This document shows positions 59,645 to 64,000 of a DNA stretch of 64,000 nt, piece by piece; position 1 is the stretch's first letter, and every line of letters begins with the position of its first letter. The DNA is taken from the NCBI RefSeq assembly GCF_000143415.4, contig NW_003314340.1, positions 379,951-443,950 on the forward strand, given 5' to 3'. Made by a program: the position numbers and the translations under genes. The stretch comes from Selaginella moellendorffii (Eukaryota; Plantae; Lycopodiophyta). The notes under the pieces were generated by a model. It did not search any database. It had not been told where the DNA came from and worked only from the letters and a program-made list of their open reading frames with translations.

Positions 59645-61296
59645 TCACAGCTTGTGATAGTTCTTCTCGATTTTCTCAATCTGTACCAGGCGCTTCAAAA
59701 ATTGCTGAACCTGCGAGCCCGCCAAGCTCAGCTTTTGAGAACCTTCCTTCCTCGGAAGTTGGATGTGATAGATCAACGTACCTCAGATGTGTCCCGTAAC
59801 GAGTAAGTCGCTCCTGTTGTTTTTGGAACGTTGGAAACTAGGATCCCGTAGCCATTAAACTTGTTATTTAGTATCTGCACATGCGCTGGAGTTTTAGACT
59901 GGAAAACCATGAGCTTGTACTTACCTCAAACGCATCTTCGTCCGTTCGATCATCCCCAATATAGACCGGCAGAACATCTCGGCTGTCGCCTAGGCCTTCA
60001 ACCAAAGAAGTTTAAAGATCGCACCTTCAACAAAAAAATAGCAAACACTTACCAAGAGCTTCTAGAAGATATTCGACTGCTTTTCCTTTGTCCCATTTTA
60101 TGGATGGACGGATTTCGAGTACCTAAAAGTTTGAAACCAAGTCACGCAATGTCTAAAACAAAAAAGATAGACAAAATCACACGCGGCACAAACCTTTCGG
60201 CCGTGCGTTATGGATAATTCAGGATATCTCTTCAAAACGCTCTGAACTTCCTGAGCTAGAAATTGCCAATCCTGTAACGGCTTCCGGTTGTAGACAAAAG
60301 AAAAAGACAAGACAACTCCCACCTGTTCTCTGACTTGGCGGAAATGTACGCTAAGACAAAACTTGTTGTCCTCAACGCGGGCTCCCTCAATGAAACTCAT
60401 CTGCCTTTCCAAAATGTCGAAAACCTCCCTCATTGTGGTAAGAAATCTACTGGCCGGCTGAAAGAAAACCACGTCTTCTCCCTGCACAGTTTTACGTGAA
60501 AATACTGGCACACGGAAAAATATCAAACCTCTTGATTTTTTGTCAGTGTTCCAGAAACAGTGACACCATGAGAACCTTTGGCAGGTCCCATAATATCCAT
60601 CCCGTGGCTGCCTGCGTAGTAAAGTTCTGGCAGCTGAACAAATTCATACACCTGTAACATCAAAATCAGAAGATTAGGAGTTGCAAATATATATATGATT
60701 CACCTTCTCTCTGGATCTTCCAGTAATTATCGATGTCGGGTACAGCTTAGCCACGCTCTTCACTGCCGATCGCATCTGAAACCGAAGAATTACTTCACAA
60801 CCAGGAAGCAAAACACATGTATTTTATTTTACCTCCGTTGACATGAATGCCCGCGCAGGATCTTCAACAATGGGTGACAAAGTTCCATCGTAATCGAGGA
60901 ACAACGCAAGTTGCCTTCCTTTCAGAGCATCGACAATTTCTTCGAATGAGTCCAAAGCCGATGGATGTTCCACCTGCGCAATCAGATTCGAAGTAGTACC
61001 TTGCAAATCATAAACAGAACAGAGCACTCAGCACTCACGACCCAGTCCAAGTAGTCAGGATTTCCAGGAAGTCGATGCCCCTCCTTAAGCGCGTCTATGT
61101 GAGCCTCTTCCTTAGAACGTGGAGGCGAGCTAGCTCTCATGACAGTAAGGCAGCCGTTGACAGAATCGCTTTGCACAGAAGTTTTCTTCCAGGCTGCAGA
61201 AAAATGAGCAAACAAAGGGCCCGATGGAGGTGAACATTTCGATGGGAAAGTTGCAGCTTCTGTGAAGAGAATTGCCTGCTCGGAACTCAAAGGCAT
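59645..61296 (-). CDS. TPP: Trehalose-6-phosphate phosphatase (class III TPP), multi-exon
   Basis: [52 protein letters not shown] and [12 protein letters not shown]. Start may lie slightly upstream. Confidence 0.94.
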
Positions 61297-62230
61297 GGCT
61301 GCAAGCGGCAGTCAAGCTGTACGAAGGATCCCCTGCGACCTTAGATACTTCGTGCAGCTTGTTTCCTAGGAGGAAGAACAGAGAACTGGTTCAAAACCAA
61401 AGCAATTTATCGCCACCACACAGCAACAAACAAGACTTGTCGAAATAATGGACTACAATGTAGGAGCGAAAGCTACACTGCCAAAGTGGACCAGTAGACA
61501 GGCAACAGCGCAACTAGGAAAAAAACCGAAGATAATAAAATTTACCTCCTGCTTGAGATACGACGATCCTTTAATACTGTACTATCTTTGATACGTAACT
61601 ATAGCTTAAAAGTCTGAAGTATGATCCAAACAAAATTGCACTTCCGAATCTGCGATGACAACATGAGCTCCCCGTAAGCAACAACAATAATGCACGCTAC
61701 GAATCACTTAAAAACTCCCAGACGCAGACGCGGGAGCTAGAACAAAAGAAAAGAAAGAAAAAGAGTTGCCACAGTTCCATAACTCACATAAAAACAGGAC
61801 CAAGTCGACGTAGCGTATATATGCCAAGAAATCCACACACACAGACAGTAAAAATTTAGGGATCCCATCACACAGGGAGGGAAATGCAGCTGGCTCTCAC
61901 CAGAAATTCAAGCAGCCAGCCAAACTCTGGAAAAGCGAGAGACGAAAAGAAAGAACGCCCATCCTAGTCGAGGACAATGACAATGAATGCCGACCAGACC
62001 TGACCTGACCTCACCCCGCCTTGCCTGCTCTGGCCCGCGCGTCCAACAAATCCTGGAAATATCAGCCTGGCGCCAGGATCAAGTCACGCAATTCGAGCAA
62101 TTCGTGGCCAGATCGACGAAATCTTTCACGAAGGACGAAGAACCCTAGAAATCCTCGCCCGAGGGAGGCGGAGGCGGAGGACTCCGAGAATGCCAAAGAG
62201 AAGAAAGAGGGGGAAAACCAAACGAAATAC

Positions 62231-62455
62231 TATATTTATAAGCAAAGGGAATTGAAGCACGTGGCACAACGTGAGTCGTTAATCCGTTGGCGGCCGATGG
62301 CCTCCATTCCCTCTCACACTCGTGCGCGCTTTACACTGTTGGATTAAGACAAATCCGACGGCTGGCCGATGCACTTTTGCCAGTTAGGCGGATATTCTGT
62401 CTCCAAGTGGCACCTTTTAAACCTTGCGTCGGGCATATTATATATAGCCACGTGG
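62231..62455. promoter_or_regulatory. TPP promoter region: TATA box (TATAAATATA on minus strand) and G-box/ABRE motifs
   Basis: tatatttata at 62231-62240, CACGTGGC at 62258-62265, GCCACGTGG at 62447-62455. Confidence 0.6.
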
Positions 62456-62835
62456 GCCCAAGCGCAATATTCTTTACAGATTATTAGAAAGAACGCGAGT
62501 GGAGTTGGCACAATGTGAATGGGCCAGATAATCAATAGAAAATTCCTAATTATTGGCGGGAATAGAAGCATCGCATTGTAGAAGAATCATAGCGATTTTA
62601 ATAATCCAAAGAATCAGGTAAAGGACCAAAGAAAAAAACAGTGAAGATTCTTGGGATATCTTGACCTTCCGTGTCGTTTGGTATTTCGTACGGGGAGGCT
62701 ACCTTTAAACTTGTTAAGTCAAAATGTTTAATAGAAGTGGTATAATAGAATATTCCCTTCATTGTATTTTCGTGAGAACTTGGCTAGGGTTTAAGCGCGT
62801 CGCCTAGGTCGCGGAGGAAGGGATGAGCTGATCCA

Positions 62836-64000
62836 ATGCGTCTCCAGGTAACGATAGCGCGCTTTGTGTAAGCTCGATTTGCTCTCGCGCAGGGATTTCT
62901 TTCCGAGATGATCGTCTCAGGCCGGGCTTCTCATCGAATCTCTAAAAGAAGCCTCTACGCTGGATTATGGAAGTCCTTCGCTCGCATCAATGAGGTATTT
63001 TGATAGGTTTGAAACTTACATTGCCTTGCGATCGTTTCTCTTTTCTCTCTTTTCTAGAACGAGTCGCGAAGGTGTTTCTCGAGTCCTGCAAAGGCTCCAA
63101 CACCGGATGAGGCCGGGCAGCAAAAATCCGAGGCTACGAATAAAGCTACTCCCGCTGGATCGCCGAAAGTCCAGCCAGCAGCTGGAGCGCCGCCAAAGAC
63201 CTCGAATCCACAACAGGCTGTGCAAAAGCCTCCAGTAAAGCCCGCTCAAGTTCCAGTCGCCGGCGCAGCAAAGCCTATCGTTTCTGCTTTCAAACCTCAG
63301 GTAGCTCAAGCTGCTGGATCTGCTAGCCAGAAACCACAAGCTCCACCTTCCACCGTCCACAAAACTCAAGCTTCTCCTCCTCCACCAGGTCAGAAAGCTC
63401 AGGTTTCTCCAGGTGGTGGTGTGAAGACGGTGCCTCCTCCAGTGACCAGAACTGTTCCTCCAGCCGGACAGAAAGTATCTCAAGCAACTTCTAGCGTGAG
63501 TCAGAAACCAAGTACGTGGAAGGTGTTAATGGCCTCCGGGGCTGTCGGAAGCGTGGTGCTGGGATTGTTCTACTGGCAGTTCCCCAGAATTCACGACGGA
63601 TCGACAGATGCTGGAGATAAAGGGAAGGATGCCGGTGATGCTGGCTTTCTTCCTGATCAGCAGAACGCGGATGAGAAGTCAGCTGCGGAGGTTGGGAGTT
63701 CCGTGGCAACTGATTCTGGTGATACAGAGAAGAAAGAAGAAGAAGCTGTTGTGAACGTCGTGGTGGAGCCTGATAGCATCACAGTGGAAACTGTGCCGGT
63801 GGAGTCATTAGCTTCTGATCACGCTGAAAAGGACGAAACCGAGACTGGGAAAAGTAATGAGGTAGTAGAAGTTATCGAGGCAGAGGTCCCCTCGGAAGAA
63901 ATCGTCGTGGAGATCGAACCAGATTCGCATGAAGATGTTTCTATTATCGTCAGCAAATCGGAGGATGAAGAAGCTCAGATAACTGTATCTGACGATAATC
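62836..64000 (+). CDS. 5' part of a mitochondrial inner-membrane protein, probably MIC60/mitofilin; runs off the right edge
   Basis: Exons 62836-62847, 62893-62994 and 63058 onward give a basic presequence ending RRCFSS, a Pro/Ala/Gln-rich linker, one membrane segment (VLMASGAVGSVVLGLFYW) and an acidic region. The diagnostic domain is outside the window. Confidence 0.6.

Noticed and set aside
48089-61296. Metabolic gene cluster (phosphatases, GT43, sugar transporter, TPP)
   Set aside because: The genes belong to unrelated pathways and compartments; adjacency is expected in a compact genome.

Overview
Eukaryotic plant nuclear DNA. Very short GT-AG introns, compact genes and PLS-class PPR genes suggest a lycophyte such as Selaginella; this is an inference. 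Genes read from the sequence: cytosolic HSP70 with a heat-shock element, a BSD-domain protein, SEP2, SEC12-like, a PLS-PPR, two intronless IFRD copies (one frameshifted), an F-box/LRR, a plastid-type LMW-PTP-like protein with Ser at the catalytic Cys, bifunctional FMN phosphatase/riboflavin kinase (FHY/RFK), a divergent IRX14-like GT43, a DUF688 protein, a UDP-Gal-type nucleotide-sugar transporter, trehalose-6-P phosphatase (TPP) and the 5' part of a probable MIC60. Mobile DNA: two near-identical inverted 5.0-kb Ty3/gypsy elements with 174-bp LTRs and a tRNA-Ala PBS (4-bp TSD on copy 1), a decayed chromovirus across an N-gap, a foldback repeat and a two-module tRNA-like SINE candidate. Three signals stand out. 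(1) A duplicated PPR/PTP/FHY gene block at about 23.7-31.1 kb has been almost purely C>T/G>A hypermutated, resembling fungal RIP. (2) Both gypsy copies carry a canonical -1 frameshift cassette (G GGA AAC plus H-type pseudoknot) at the gag-pol junction. (3) The chromovirus 3' UTR holds a compact RNA structure with two tRNA T-arm mimics. All alignments and counts were done by eye and need computational confirmation.
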